Assembly (NCBI RefSeq): GCF_006345805.1
Contig: NC_043003.1
Coordinates: forward strand, 55,552,001-55,616,000
Length of the DNA stretch: 64,000 bases
Reading direction: 5' to 3'
From: Octopus sinensis
Taxonomy: Eukaryota
Shown: piece by piece, positions 26,735 to 40,449 of the stretch
Layout of the letters: every line of letters begins with the position of its first letter
How positions within the stretch are numbered: position 1 is the first letter of the stretch
Notes under the pieces: generated by a model
Seen by the model: the letters and a program-made list of their open reading frames with translations, nothing else
What the model was told of the DNA's origin: nothing
The model's database searches: none
Translations under genes and position numbers: made by a program

Positions 26735-26736
<2 letters not shown>
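26367..26736 (+). mobile_element. Candidate retrozyme: 353-bp non-coding unit with hammerhead ribozyme and 17-bp terminal direct repeat
   Basis: tgagatttatcattgtt at 26367-26383 and 26720-26736; TA microsatellites on both sides; complete HHR core; at least seven further predicted helices. Confidence 0.75.
26470..26530 (+). ncRNA. Type I hammerhead ribozyme, intact core
   Basis: Stem I catgat-tgt-cacacg / cgtgtg-t-atcatg; CTGATGA 26485-91; stem II aaggt/acatt (one mismatch); GAAA 26506-09; stem III AC/GT with loop tcgg; GTA triplet, predicted cleavage after A26517. Confidence 0.85.
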
Positions 26737-26814
<78 letters not shown>

Positions 26815-27435
26815 CATATATACATATACATATACATATATATATATATATATCTGTGCGTGTGTGTATGTATGTGTATGTGTATATAGATACATATAAA
26901 TATATAGATATATATATTTACAGAGACGGGAGGGAGAAGGAGAGAGAGAGTGGTTGTAGGTTACATTTAAGAATGTGAAGGATTCCACTGGTATATCTAG
27001 CATTTAGGCTGAAAAGATCCTAGATATACAATATTACCATATCTAACATATAACTAACTGACATATTCCTCGTAACTTTCATTTAATAGCGACGTCCTGA
27101 CTGTCAGCAGTAAACGTATAAAAATTCCTGAGCATAACTACTTGGAAAAGATAAATATACAGACGACAGAAACAATCGTAAATACAATTCTTGTAATGTA
27201 TTTTTATATAGAGTAACAAAGTTTCAGTCTGTATCATACAAGACCAAATTAGAGTCACAAGAGAATAACAAGAGAATTTTAATGTGTCTTATAGCCCGGA
27301 AGCAGACCGAGAGAATCAAAGGATCCTGTGTTCGGAGAAAGGAATTCTGAAATCGTATCTTATAATAATTACGCTATTTCAATAAGTTTGTATACCGTGG
27401 GGAGAATAAAAATCCTGGTACTTTTTAGCAATTCT

Positions 27436-27472
<37 letters not shown>

Positions 27473-28027
27473 GTTTGTATGTATGTATGCATTTATATAT
27501 ATGTATATATATGTATATATATATATATATACATACACAGATACATGTCTACTTATATACATGTATGTATATATGTAATATATAATATAAATGCATACAT
27601 ATACACATTTGCAATTTACACGCACAATTATATATTTTATAAATTCTTGATGGGTGGTTTTTATAGAAGACTTATTTGCATTATTTCTTAAGTTTAATGG
27701 TTGAAATGTTTTATGAATGTCATGGCCTCTCTTCCACTTTCCCTCTCCCCCTCTCTGTCTTGTTATTGGTCTCTCTCGTCCTCTCTCGCTCTCTGTGTAT
27801 CTCTGTACATATGTACATGTATATACTATATATACATACAAACATATATATATATATATAGATATATATATATATATATAATATATATATATATGTGTGT
27901 GTGTGGTGTGTGTGTGTGTGTGCCTATGTGTGTATGTGTGTGTATGTAAGTATATGTATGTATACGTATATTGTTTATGTATATATACACGTAGATAGAT
28001 ACACATACACACATACATACATATATA

Positions 28028-28235
28028 CTTTACTGTTGAAGCTACAAGAACATCACACAAATATCACTAAATTCGCTACTCAGAGTTCCACGTTTTCGTT
28101 CGTCGGGCAGTTGTGATTAAGAATCTTAATTAAGAATTCTTAATTACAACTGTCCGAAGACGGGAACGAGAAACTCTGAGTGGCAGAATTTTAAAAATAT
28201 ATTTGTGATGTTTTTCCAGCTTTAATAAAAAAAAG
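28028..28235. repeat. Head-to-head inverted pair of ~100-bp repeats, each with a degenerate hammerhead-like motif
   Basis: Palindrome centred on cttaattaag (28125-34). Plus strand: CCGAAGA-cg ggaa cg-a-GAAA-C tctga GT-G. Minus strand: CCGACGA-acg aaaa cgt-GGAA-C tctga GT-A. Confidence 0.65.
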
Positions 28236-28321
28236 CATGTTTCTCTACCTCTGGCTTTCGAGTACTATTTTTCCCACTTTGCTTCCCATTTATGTGCTTA
28301 CTCTGGTGCTCATACATATAT

Positions 28322-28364
<43 letters not shown>

Positions 28365-28386
28365 CACACACACACACACACACGCG

Positions 28387-28420
<34 letters not shown>

Positions 28421-28879
28421 CATGTATATTCAAATATACATGTATAGTATATATATTCATATTTTATATCAATGTCGGTGCATATATTTTTGTGTTTGTA
28501 TGGGTGCGCGTGTGTGGTTGTAAGTACTATATAGTTATTTCGTTATGAAGAAGCACGTGCAGCCTCATAAAAAGGACTTACTTTCTGTGTTGTAAAACTT
28601 TATCGACACTCCTGTATATATGTAAAATTATTTTTTTGAAGTAATGTTAAAACTTTATCTATTCACCTGGGAATACAGGCACGTACATGTTGCATAAAAA
28701 TGTTGAAGTGATATTTATTATCGAAACAAAACCGTACATTTTCGTGAAAGTCTTAACTAGATCTTGTTTAGATAGCATTCTGGTGTTACTGATTACTTTG
28801 CGCGGGAATCATTTTTGATTTTGTTGCTCTAAATGTATCCGATTATTTGGTAAAATTGCATATACTGAATACATCCTTT

Positions 28880-30560
28880 GCAATACATGTTATAACAAGG
28901 TTAGCATCTTTGACGTTCTCAAGTGTGCAAGAATTAATTTCAGTTTGTTCAAAGACGTTCCCTCAGTAACACAAAAAGGTTACAAATAATATTTTCATAA
29001 AATTTTCATTATGACTGTAGAATATTGGAAGAAGTATTTTCCATATTGATTTATCAAAATCTGTAAATATTTTGCCAAACTTTGTTTAAAAGAAATCTGC
29101 CCTTGTTCTTTTACTTAACAACATGCTACAGACTTTAATTCCTCTGTGAAATTTTGGTCTGTCGGACAGCTTTTTTGCTTAGTAAGAAGAAATTTTGGCC
29201 AACTTTCCATCCTAGAAATCTCAAGAAACAATATTTTTCACGCCGAGTAGAAATCTGAACTGAAATCTCCTGGGAAAATCTTCAGATTATTTCTGTGTTC
29301 AGGTGATCAATAACATATTTTATGTTGTGACAAGTTTCCTGTTCACCGGTCAATCTCACATCAGCTATATTTTCACTGTACATTCGTTTTCGGTGTAGTT
29401 CTTCTTTCATTGGTCAATCCTCATGTTTCTCATTGATTCGCAGCCGCTTTAAGTGCTTCTTGACAGAACTTTCCATATGATTCCATCAATTTATCTTTCA
29501 GACAATTAAGATCAATTGCTGCTTTTCTAAAATTCATATTCGGATACGGAAGTGTTTCTGCTTTCGATCGATATATGGTACAATATTTCTCCATAAATGC
29601 ACAAGTGCGGAATATAAAATATAAGCAGCGAATATTAAGAACAACCACGTTTTTCTCTCAGCCGTTCAACCATTCTTATTTAATTGCTCCAGCAGTTCGA
29701 GAAATTCATCCTCTTTTTCATGTACAACTGGTTTCTGCTTTACTTCTTGCACTCCAGTTATATTTCTGATTCATACTTCACACAAACGTTGTTGTAGCTA
29801 TATTTCGTTCTACTGATATGCTGCAGGATCAATGAAAACCAATAAACGGTTCCAGTTGTATCAAAATGACATATTCGCCTCTGCTTTACAAAATAACAAT
29901 ACTTGTTATAGTTTATAAAAATTCTGCTTTAGATTTTTGTTGAGAATTCTTTGTTAAACACCTGACAGAGAATTTGTCATATCAGCAACATTATCATAAT
30001 ATGGCGAACAACAATCACTGAAATACATTTCACCTACTTCGTCATGTGTGATTATTATTTTCTTAATATTGGTGCCGTCTGTTGTCTTTATCTCTATTAT
30101 CAATAAATGGTTCTTTGACATTTTTTAATCTTAAATTAGCATCAACAAACCGAGTTACTTGAATTCATTCCACTCCATACACTAGATCAGAATGTCAGAG
30201 AATTTGTGTCTAAGGATTGTTTACAGTAATGTTGAACATATGAAGCCAATAGTTGATGTACGTTTTGAAGTAAGATTGGATATTGATGTTTGCGTTTGTA
30301 CATTTTCTGTATCGTCACTGATTAAAGAACAGGTTTGGTAATAACTACAGCTGGAACGGAATATTTTTCAGATATTTCCTTGATGTCTATCTCTTCACTA
30401 GGACCAAAAGTTGCTAGATTCTCAGGAACTAAATATCGTATTCAATGCAAAGACCATCGCAGTACACACCGTTTATTAATTTCTTGACAAACTTCCTTTT
30501 CCAGATTTTCATTAATGCCAGTTTGAAGAAAAAAATTTGGTGCTGAATTTCTTTTTAAAC
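28880..30560 (-). mobile_element. hAT-superfamily (ZMYM1/FAM200-like) transposase remnant
   Basis: Minus strand SDCCSPYYDNVADMTNSLSGV*QRIL (consensus CRGQGYDNAANMSG..SGVQ.RI) at ~29940-30030, and VTEGTSLNKLKLILAHLRTS (hAT dimerisation motif SAERSFSKLKLIK.YLRST) at ~28911-28972. Confidence 0.7.
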
Positions 30561-31424
30561 AGTAAATAACCCACGATGTAGTGGCTATTTTCATGGGAAA
30601 TGAGTTTTCAATAATTCCACCTCTGAAATGTATTATGTTTTGAAGACAGATCGAGTATCGGATATTGTAAGTTAATAAAAATAGAAAACTAGATATTTTG
30701 CTTTACGTAGACGGGAAGACAGGTACCAGTAATTATTGAAGTCACCTATACTTACATAGATTTAATTAGAGAAAAAATGCAGTGATAGAACGCCAGGAAT
30801 TGGCATCAAACAGATTTTGTTAATACTGAAATTGAAACGTTCCAAATTAAATTTAGATGTAATTTGTGTATGACGCAATTGATGGGACGGTTTTTTTAAT
30901 AAATCTTCAGGAATTTCTTATAGATATGGGTCACATATCTTTTAGAGTCGCAACATTCTTTCGTAAATTGATTGCTGCCAATGCGGAATATTACTGAGGC
31001 TTTCAGGAGGACAGAAAACTGTGTGATACCTATTCTCGTTTCCTTCACTTCTTACATATCCCTTTCCCCATTTTCTTTATAAAATTACTGCGAAAAATAA
31101 TAAATGAATAAACACCGATAACATAGGATGTAGAGGACGTGAACTCGATGCGGAGAAGTTAATTGTATACAACATGGTGGAGACAAGAAATACTATTTGT
31201 GTTAGTGTTTATGACAATGGCGCATGATTACCTGCATCTGAATATACATCAATTTCATTGTATGTGTGTGTATATGGTTACGAGTATATATTTCCGCGAA
31301 CACATACGCCCACGCATTGTTATATATTGTGTAGTAATTAGCTCTAAGATATATATATATATGGTTGTAAGCATACACTCTAATAAGTGTGTGAGTCCGT
31401 TTGCATATGGTACTTTGATCTGTG

Positions 31425-31428
31425 TGTG

Positions 31429-31515
<87 letters not shown>
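31425..31515. repeat. (GT)n microsatellite
   Basis: Seen directly. Confidence 0.97.
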
Positions 31516-31517
<2 letters not shown>

Positions 31518-31739
31518 TGTTTCTGAGGTTTTCCTAAATATACATCAACCACACGCAGCCTAGACGCCGCATGTCAATCTACATTCATTCGATAAAAGGA
31601 AATATAGAAAGCACCCACCTGTAGAGCGTTGCTACCCTGTCATCATTTAACCGTAATAGAAACCTAAACACTATACATATCAAGAAAAGAACGTCACACA
31701 AATTTTCTTTATACATGAGGATGACACAACTAGATCATT

Positions 31740-32200
31740 TCGAGGCACTTTAGATGCTAGCCAGCATTATCACCTAGTATCTATCTTGTCGAGAGCGCTT
31801 AGTATGACTATGCACGAATTCCATGGAGAAGACTTTGTCTTTTGTCTCACAATATATGTAACTCTAAAAGACTCAAGGCAATGGAGTAATGCACCTACAT
31901 AGAGAACAGCACTGCTACTACACATACCGACACGTTGAACCGCATCCAGACTAATTTCATCGGCTGAGCGGCATCCCATCAGTGACAGATACACTCCAGC
32001 CTCAGGAGCACAAGTACAATCTTTCCAATCACTTTAGCATCTTGATCGCTACCACTACTCAGAGCTAGCTAGTTTTATATCTCCATCACTCGAAAGTACT
32101 GAACTCATTCGTCTCTACATATATCATCAACTTTATTAAGTCAAACGTCACTTTCCCCGAACAAGCTACTGTACGCAGTATCTTGCCAACGGGTTATCGG
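31740..32200 (-). mobile_element. Decayed CR1/Jockey-like LINE C-terminal fragment
   Basis: Minus strand RLECICH*WDAA and SLDAVQRVG resemble RP.LEYCSHIWD.A..LD.VQ.RA. Confidence 0.45.
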
Positions 32201-33507
32201 ATATCTCAAATATCTTCCATGCTTATGTGTTTTCTTCTATTGTTGATCTGAAGAACCAGGAACGTAACATTTGAGGCGATAATCTCGACCGTTTCGGAGG
32301 GTCTACAAGGAGTATGACGCCTGTCTATGAGCCCAGACTTTCTCCAGACTGAACAAATATCAGATACAGTCATACATATGTCATACATAAATACATACAT
32401 ACATACATACATACATAAGTCTGTTAGGAACTAGTAGACTAGTAGTTTTCATACGAACAATATATTTGTGTAGGTGTCATCAGATTTAGTAACTACAATT
32501 ATTTCATCGATAACTTCTCATATAATTAAATTAAATATCCTAGACATACGTTTCGATCAACTCCACGACACATATATATATGTACGCATTCCAACCCCCA
32601 TACATCTCCCATTAATACACACACATTTTTGTCCTGTTACTTATTTTGCTAATATATGTCAAAATACATACACACGCAAACATATATAGAAATATATGTA
32701 TGTGTGTATATATGTGTCCATATGCTCGAGTCATATCTACGTATTAGTTTATGTTTGTATGTAGCCATGTATACGCATATATGTATATAAAGAGAGAAAC
32801 AAAGACGGGGATGGATAGAGAGATTGCTGAAAGACATCCAAAGCGACAAAGATTGAGAGCTCACATTATAATTATTCTTCTACTCAGGTTGCTATTTATA
32901 ACTGTTTTATATTTCATTTAAATTAGCCGATGGTGATCGTAAAATAGAGTGTCTTATGCCGTGATTATTTCGACGATAGTGTTTAAGTAAAACAGCCGTC
33001 TAACAACATTTATCTTTCGTTTCTGGTAAACTGATTGTTAAATAAAGGTATAGATTCAATTATGCTACTGTCAATGTCTTTACGAGTAAATCTCGTGTTG
33101 ATTGTGTCTTAAAATAATTTGTTTCTAGCGCAGTATCAGTACACATGTATGTACGTATGAATGTATGTATGTAGGTAGGTAGGTATATATGTATGTGTAT
33201 GTACATATATGTGCCTGTATTTAGTGTATGCAAATGATTATAGACGTAAATATATATGTGAATATGTATCTATGTATATATATATATATATATATATAAT
33301 TATTACATATATGTGTGTGTTTGTGCATGTATATACACGTGTGCGTGTGTATTCATATGTATAGATAGATTGATTGATAGATATTCATATACGCATATAT
33401 GTACATGCATATACATGTGTGTGTATGTGTGGGCATACACACACATATATATATGTATACGTAAATATATATGTAAGTATGTATCTGTATATATGTGAAT
33501 ACATACG

Positions 33508-33538
<31 letters not shown>

Positions 33539-33947
33539 ATGTGTGTCTGTGTATACACACACACATATACTTATATACATCTATATGTATTTGCACATGT
33601 CTGTTTCTGTGAGTGTACTTGTCATTTCTCAACGTGTGGGAAAATATTCATGTAGGCATTTATGTATATATGTATGTATGTGTATATGTATGAATGTATG
33701 TATGTATGAACGTATTTCTACGACACTTCATGCCACTGGATTTTGCACATTAACTTTTTACCACTTAGAGAACCAATTCAGTCTTTTGATGAATTACCTA
33801 TCCACACAACAAAGCCAGAATAGATTTTATCTTAAATTCATAGATATTTGAATATATGTTTTAGAAATAAAAATACACGCCTACATACACACGCTTATAT
33901 ATATATATATATGCACATGTGTAGATATATTCATACATATGTATATA

Positions 33948-33987
<40 letters not shown>

Positions 33988-34003
33988 TTATGTATGTATA
34001 TAT

Positions 34004-34044
<41 letters not shown>

Positions 34045-34223
34045 TACATACATACATTCATATGTACACACACATATATATATATATGTACATTTGAATG
34101 GGTATATATATATACATATATCATACATATATATACGTACATAAAAATATATATATACACAGAAAACATATTATATATGTATGAATATATCTACACATGT
34201 GCATATATATATATATATATACT

Positions 34224-34285
<62 letters not shown>

Positions 34286-34827
34286 CAGCGTATGTATGTA
34301 GGCGTGTATATTTATATATTATATATATATATATATTATATATATATATAGATATATATATATTATGTACACATATATAAACATATGCAAATTCCAATAC
34401 AATAAAAGGACGCGGTCAAATACACGCGAAATATATCAACGTAGAAAAAAGATGATACTGAAATTTACTCCATCTAATAATATGCATAGTAAAGTCCATT
34501 ATGCAAATATATATATATATATATATACATGAATATTTATTTTTTTTGCACGTGCTTGTGTGTATGTAGGATTGTACGCCTATTTTTGTATACCCACTGA
34601 TATTGGCATATGAAATTTAAACGGTTTAGGCGAGTTATTCCGGTGAATATAAATCATTTTACACCCACGCTCACATACTCATACACGTGCATCACAATAC
34701 ATATAATATATCCAAAGAAAAATTTATATTCATTTACGCATATGTCTAATTCTACGGTACATTTGTGCGCGTTTCATCTACGTACACAGACACACACTCA
34801 CTCACACACACACACACACACACATGT

Positions 34828-34867
<40 letters not shown>

Positions 34868-34879
34868 CTGTGTGTGTAT

Positions 34880-35229
34880 AGATAGTAAAGACCCTCTTCT
34901 TTCGTGAATGACTATGAAATTGCACCGAGGAAGTTTCCCTCCGAGGGACAAGTCCGGAAAATGTTTTTCTACAGAAGTTCACCAGTCCACCATGTATGAA
35001 AACCTCCTCTCTCCACGCCACCGATGTTATCCATGGTAAAGGCAAAGACCAATACGACTTGACCCCAGTGACGTCGTAAGTCATTTCTACAGCTGAGTGA
35101 TCTGGTGCAATGTGAGCAAAGTGTCTTGCTTAAGAACACAACACATACACACACACCGGTCCGGGAATCGAACTTACTACCTCATGATTGTGAGAACGAC
35201 GCTCCAGCCATTGAACTGTGCGCCTTCAC
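34880..35229 (-). mobile_element. tRNA-derived SINE (third family), near full length
   Basis: Minus-strand head gtgaaggcgcacagttcaatggctggagcgtcgttctcacaatcatgaggtagtaagttcgattcccggaccgg with A- and B-box-like motifs. A related degenerate head lies at 40030-40140. Confidence 0.8.
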
Positions 35230-35240
35230 AACACTTGACG

Positions 35241-35310
35241 TGCATCAGCTGGGAGTCGAACCCGGATCGACTTCGTGGAAGTTACAATGACGATCAAATT
35301 TTTCCATGGT
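35241..35310 (-). pseudogene. tRNA-Gly(TCC)-like pseudogene or fragment
   Basis: Minus strand ...gtaacttccacgaagtcgatccgggttcgactcccagctgatgca resembles the 3' two-thirds of tRNA-Gly(TCC), including the T-loop GGTTCGACTCC. The 5' acceptor strand is not recognisable. Confidence 0.45.
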
Positions 35311-35482
35311 CAAATAAAAGAGAAAGAGAATATGAGACAAGAAAAATTGCGTGCAGTTTTTGGCACGTATAATGATTGCATATAGCCTTCATGTTTGTTC
35401 GCCACTGAGAACAGACAAGCAATATCAGAACCAAAATGCTGTGTTTAAGGCCGCGTATTCGTGCTATGTGTGCAACTCCCGC

Positions 35483-35523
<41 letters not shown>

Positions 35524-35719
35524 TATGTATATATAACCAGAAGAATCAGCAATGGAAATCCTTATTGCTGTACATACACCCCTAAATGATATTTATTTAT
35601 GCGTGACATAAACAACTTTAAAAGCTTGCTCAGTCTTGAAATTCAGATTTTATACCGTCGCTCTAATGAGTAGTGCGTTACCGGTTTTCGGCACGACTAG
35701 GTATTTTGTTACAAATATT

Positions 35720-36365
35720 AATCTTTTAAAAGTATGATATTTGATAAGAAGGGGTAGGGGAAAAAAGAATTTATACGTATTGATAATCTAAGATTTAAAC
35801 GCTTATATTGTAAAGCTTTTATATAAGATATCCAACATATGATATTTAACAAGGTAGCTAGGTTTAAGTGTAGAAATAAAATGAAAATAAAAATTGTACT
35901 CAATTCTCTCACTATGATGAAATATTAAGAAAAGAAGACACGGAAATAAAAGGTAGAAGAAAAACGAAAAGGAAAGTATAAAATTATATAAAAGCGAGAA
36001 ATAGAAAAGGATAAAGGTTATGTTAAGATTAAGATGGAGTGTTATGGGTGGAATAAAGGTAAAAATGATACTCGTATGAGAATGGTGTAAGATTTAGGAG
36101 AGCGTTCACTTAAGCTACTGTAGAGTAATGGAGAGAGCATTATGGATATGTGTAAGTCAAAAGAAACACGAAAGTCTAAGAAAATGCATGTACCGAAGCT
36201 AATGGAGAGGCGGGGATGAAATGGGGAAAATATGAGAATGTTCCGTAGTGTGAAAGACTTTGAAAAGTAAATATATTACAAATCGGAAGACTCATAAATA
36301 CGTGTTGGAAAAAGAAAGGGGAAAAGGCCCAATGATATTGGACATAGCAGAAGTTGAGTTGGTAT
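35720..36365 (-). mobile_element. Possible decayed Penelope-like element 3' region
   Basis: Strand-asymmetric composition like 47280-47800 and weak GIY-YIG-like fragments only. Confidence 0.25.
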
Positions 36366-36370
36366 GTTAT

Positions 36371-36560
36371 GTACGAGGCTGCGTTAAACAGGTCCTGGCG
36401 TTAAGGGTATCGCGAAAGGCCTGGCTGGACGTCAAACCATCCCAATTCTTTTACAGGGCTTAGAAAAATTAAAGGACCGCAGCAATAAGTGTTTGAATCT
36501 GAAAAGAGAATAAGTTGAATAAAATCATACTTAACTGATCCTGCTGTATTTTCTTTTCAG
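36371..36560 (+). mobile_element. Non-autonomous mariner deletion derivative
   Basis: TIR-like tacgaggctgcgttaaacaggtcctggc followed by the transposase end GLEKLKDRSNKCLNLKRE*VE*. Homologous to 6240-6365. Confidence 0.7.
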
Positions 36561-36570
36561 AGATATAGAC

Positions 36571-36847
36571 CAGTGCCACTCAAATTGGTGTTCCGCGGAC
36601 CGGTGCCGGTCCGCGAGCCATCAGCTGCCGATACCCGACGAGTTTCCGGAAAAGGAAGAAAGATTATAAAATTCTTATCTAATATTTTATCATTTGTTTA
36701 CAAAATAAATATAAGATAAAAAATTGTCAACTTTTATTATATTCAGTATATATATTGTTTCCGGTATAAATTAATATTGCCGGTTCCAGGCACATTGGAA
36801 AACAAAAAACTGCCGGAACGCCACGTCAGATAATTTGAGAAATACTG
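36571..36847. mobile_element. hAT (Charlie-like) MITE
   Basis: TIRs cagtgccactcaaatt / aatttgagaaatactg; flanking 8-mers atatagac / atttagcc (6/8 identical, decayed TSD). Confidence 0.75.
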
Positions 36848-36899
36848 ATTTAGCCGAATCCTTGAATATAGGAAATTTCTTCAACTTGAAATTCCGAAA

Positions 36900-37665
36900 T
36901 CCAGATGAGCGGGGTGAGAGTTTTGTTCAAAGTAGATCCAACTATGTGATTTACCATCAGTCGAATGAGAGATAAGTTTGAAGCGGATGGAAATAGTATG
37001 CCCGCAAGAAACCTTCCATAAGAGCACAGACATCAGATAGGCTCACAGAACATGAAAGGGCGTTGGAAAATAATTGCCAGCGTCCAAGTAAATAGGTATT
37101 GCAAAGAAATCCAAAGCCAAGCATCCACTGATATTGACATAAATAAATATCCATATCACGAATAATCCAAGCTCTCAATGGAGGTGAAAATTGGAGTGGT
37201 ACATGGAGATGAAGATGTGTTGAAGATATACACCATCAAACAAAAGTCGTTTGGAATGTGGTGAGACTACATTTAGATTAAATGGGTTGATTAACCTCCG
37301 AAATTCCTCCTAGTGGGAAACCAGAGAATCCTCATATTACGGAGAAACATGACGTTAATTTATCAGGATTTACGTAATAGTGCGACATATCGCCTATTTT
37401 AGACGATGCTGTGGTTGTTCCTATATACTTAAACATGCTTCAGCAATCTGTTATGCTAAGCGTGCAAAGGGTCTACGAAGATGTAGAGTTCTATTGTCAG
37501 AAAGATCGACAGCCCCATATTAGCATAGTAATATAAGGGCCTTGATGAAACATTGTCATGTCATACATTGAAGAGATGTTGCATAACAGATGGATTGGAC
37601 AAAGAAGTTCACCAAAATACTCTCCGTGTTCACCGGACCTTACACAACAAGACATGCTTACGTAA
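36900..37665 (+). mobile_element. Tc1/Tc3-like (IS630-Tc1-mariner) transposase remnant
   Basis: RMRDKFEADG (HTH region); ETTFRLNGLINLRNSS*W; NPHITEKHDVNLSG; WIGQRSSPKYSPCSPDLT (consensus WIGRRG..EYPPRSPDLTPLD). Confidence 0.85.
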
Positions 37666-37981
37666 ATTGTCCACTAATTTCAGGACACTGTCTGTTATTT
37701 CAGCCTCAGGGAAACTCAGATAAATTTAACAATTTAAAATCACTTTCTTTTTAGGCAAAAAGGATGCTTCTCATTATTTTAGCTAAGATCAAAGTATAGT
37801 TAACAATTCGAAAAATAAATAATCACGTTACATACACATTCATATATACGTATGTATGTGTGTGTATATGTGTATATGTGTACGTATGTATGTATGTGTG
37901 TGTATGTGTGTGCATTTATATTTTAGGGGGACACATGAGTATCTATCTATCTATCAATCTATATATACATATACATACGTG

Positions 37982-38035
<54 letters not shown>

Positions 38036-38108
38036 CTCACACACAATATATATATATATATGTATGTATATATAAATATATATATATATATATATGGATG
38101 TATATATA

Positions 38109-38148
<40 letters not shown>

Positions 38149-38174
38149 ATATATATATATATACATACATATAG

Positions 38175-38214
<40 letters not shown>

Positions 38215-39079
38215 CACCCTATTTATGCGTGTCTATCTTTCACTATAATATGTGTGTGTTTGTGCCTATGTGATTATAAATCAATCACCCGCACCACCAT
38301 TCTCTATATTCTCATCAGATTCAACACAACCACTGCCACCACCAATCCGCCCCCACCCCCGTAATGACCTGTAACAACAATTGCAACATGATAACTCCAT
38401 CTAACATAAAAGACAATGACATGAGATAATGTAGTAACTTAGTGTATTTTAGAAGTTGACTGAAATCTCTTTGATCTTAAATCAAAGTGGAATGACTTGA
38501 GACTAAACAGCAATAACTATTCAATTAATATTATCATCATCACCACCACCAACAACAGCAACAAGAATATTAACCCCCACCTTCACTGACATCCTCCACA
38601 CCCCGTCACCAGCTACCACCAATGTCAAACCCACTACAGCCAACACTATCACTATCAAGGCACCAACTTTTTCAGTATAACTGATGACGTAAATAATAGT
38701 ATGAACCTGAAGCAGCGTTTGTAGCTAAATAACTATTATGTCAACCCAACGGTTTGTGAGTGCATGTGTGTATAATAGACAAATGTAGAAAGAAAGAAAG
38801 AACGAAAGAAAGAAAGAAAGAAAGAAAGAAAGAAGGAAAGGAAGGAAGAAAGAAAGCCCAAGTCATGCTTGTGAGGGGGTGAAGTACTTACGAACCTAGA
38901 AAAAATTAACTGGAATCATATCCGTACTCCCTCCCGTCTCACTCCTTTCATAATCTTATCAACATTCTTACATCAGTAAGAATAAGGGATTCTTTTTTTA
39001 TCACCCTCACAACTCACATCTTTCCTGCACTTTCTTCTACACTTCTTACGTTACCATGCAAAGGCATTACACAAGATAT

Positions 39080-39480
39080 TTAACTTGATACGTTTAAAAG
39101 GCTTGATGCAAGGCAAAAAAAAAAATATTCAGCTACATTGCTAAAACTTTAAAGCTTGCACCGTTTATAGAAAAACCATACTTGAAGATACAGAGAAGAC
39201 TACACTAAGGACTCTAGAAGCTGCTCTTTTAAATACTTGTACCCGCTTTCCTTCGTAGATGCAATGTGATGATTAAAATAGTACGGTTTTTGAGTGTATG
39301 GATTGATCATCAAAAGCAAGGTAATGTAACACAATGGTAATTCAAAAAAATAAACATAAAATTTGTATGATGATTTGCAGGAACGGAAAGGGACACTAAT
39401 GAAAGGCCGTTTCACGTTTGAAAAAGTTATTCTGATAGGATTAAACAGTAGGATAAACGGTACAACATAAAATGCAAGTT
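39080..39480 (+). mobile_element. Tigger/pogo-like transposase N-terminal remnant
   Basis: TVYRKTILEDTEK, VWIDHQKQG and DKRYNIKCK resemble CENP-B-like HTH motifs. Confidence 0.5.
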
Positions 39481-40449
39481 CCAAAAACACCTGACACACG
39501 TTCAGGTGTAATATGAGAATAAAGCCTCTATTCCTGTATCATTCCGAAAATCTTATGTTTTTTTAGAGATACTCAAAATTTAATCAACCTCTCATTTAGC
39601 CCTCAGATAAGAAAGTATGATGATAAGGATGTTTTTAAAATCTCCGCGTTTTAACTTATGTGTCACAATTATTTACTTACTTAGGTTGAAGTTGCAGTTT
39701 TGGTTGAAATGCAATGAATGTCTGTGTTCTATAGTTTATGATCGGTTATCCTGGACTTCACAGATTAGTTTTGGGGAACGAGAAATACTTTAGCAAAGAC
39801 TGTCATACTCGATAGTCAGTCGATAGAAATCATATATGGCAATAAAGTATATTTGTATGTATACAAGTGTAAAGACACATGCATATTTAATTGAACAATT
39901 TGCCTTTGAGGTTTATGTGGTGACGTGCACAGAGTTTGAGTCACTTCCTAGAAAAGTAGCAAACTATTTTGCTTGAATGGAAAAGTTTCAGGAATTTCTT
40001 AATGAACTCTCTGTGCATATATGTACGTAATGAGGGTGCATTACTGAGTGGTTAGGGCGTTGCACTTATGATCGCAAGGTGGTGGGTTTGAATCTCAGAC
40101 TGGGTAGCGGGCTGTGTTTTTGAGCAAAATACTGCATCTCCTCTTTCTTTGCTATTTCTTCGACATCGTAAGTATGGCACAGCGTGCCCCTATAAAAGGG
40201 AATTTGATTGAGAGGAGTTAGCTAAACTACAGCACGAACGTTTGAACAACTAAAAAATCATCTGTGCATCTTGTTTAGTGAGAAATTTCACACCTGGCTT
40301 TCTCTGACCCGAGAGACCACCATTGCATTATGTTTGGATAAACCTGTACTCACGTTTTGATGGCTTACGTGTGTCGTTTCTTATCGTTTATATATGGGTA
40401 TAAATATATGCAGCTATATGCCCATAAATTCGCGTGCATATGTTTTCCC

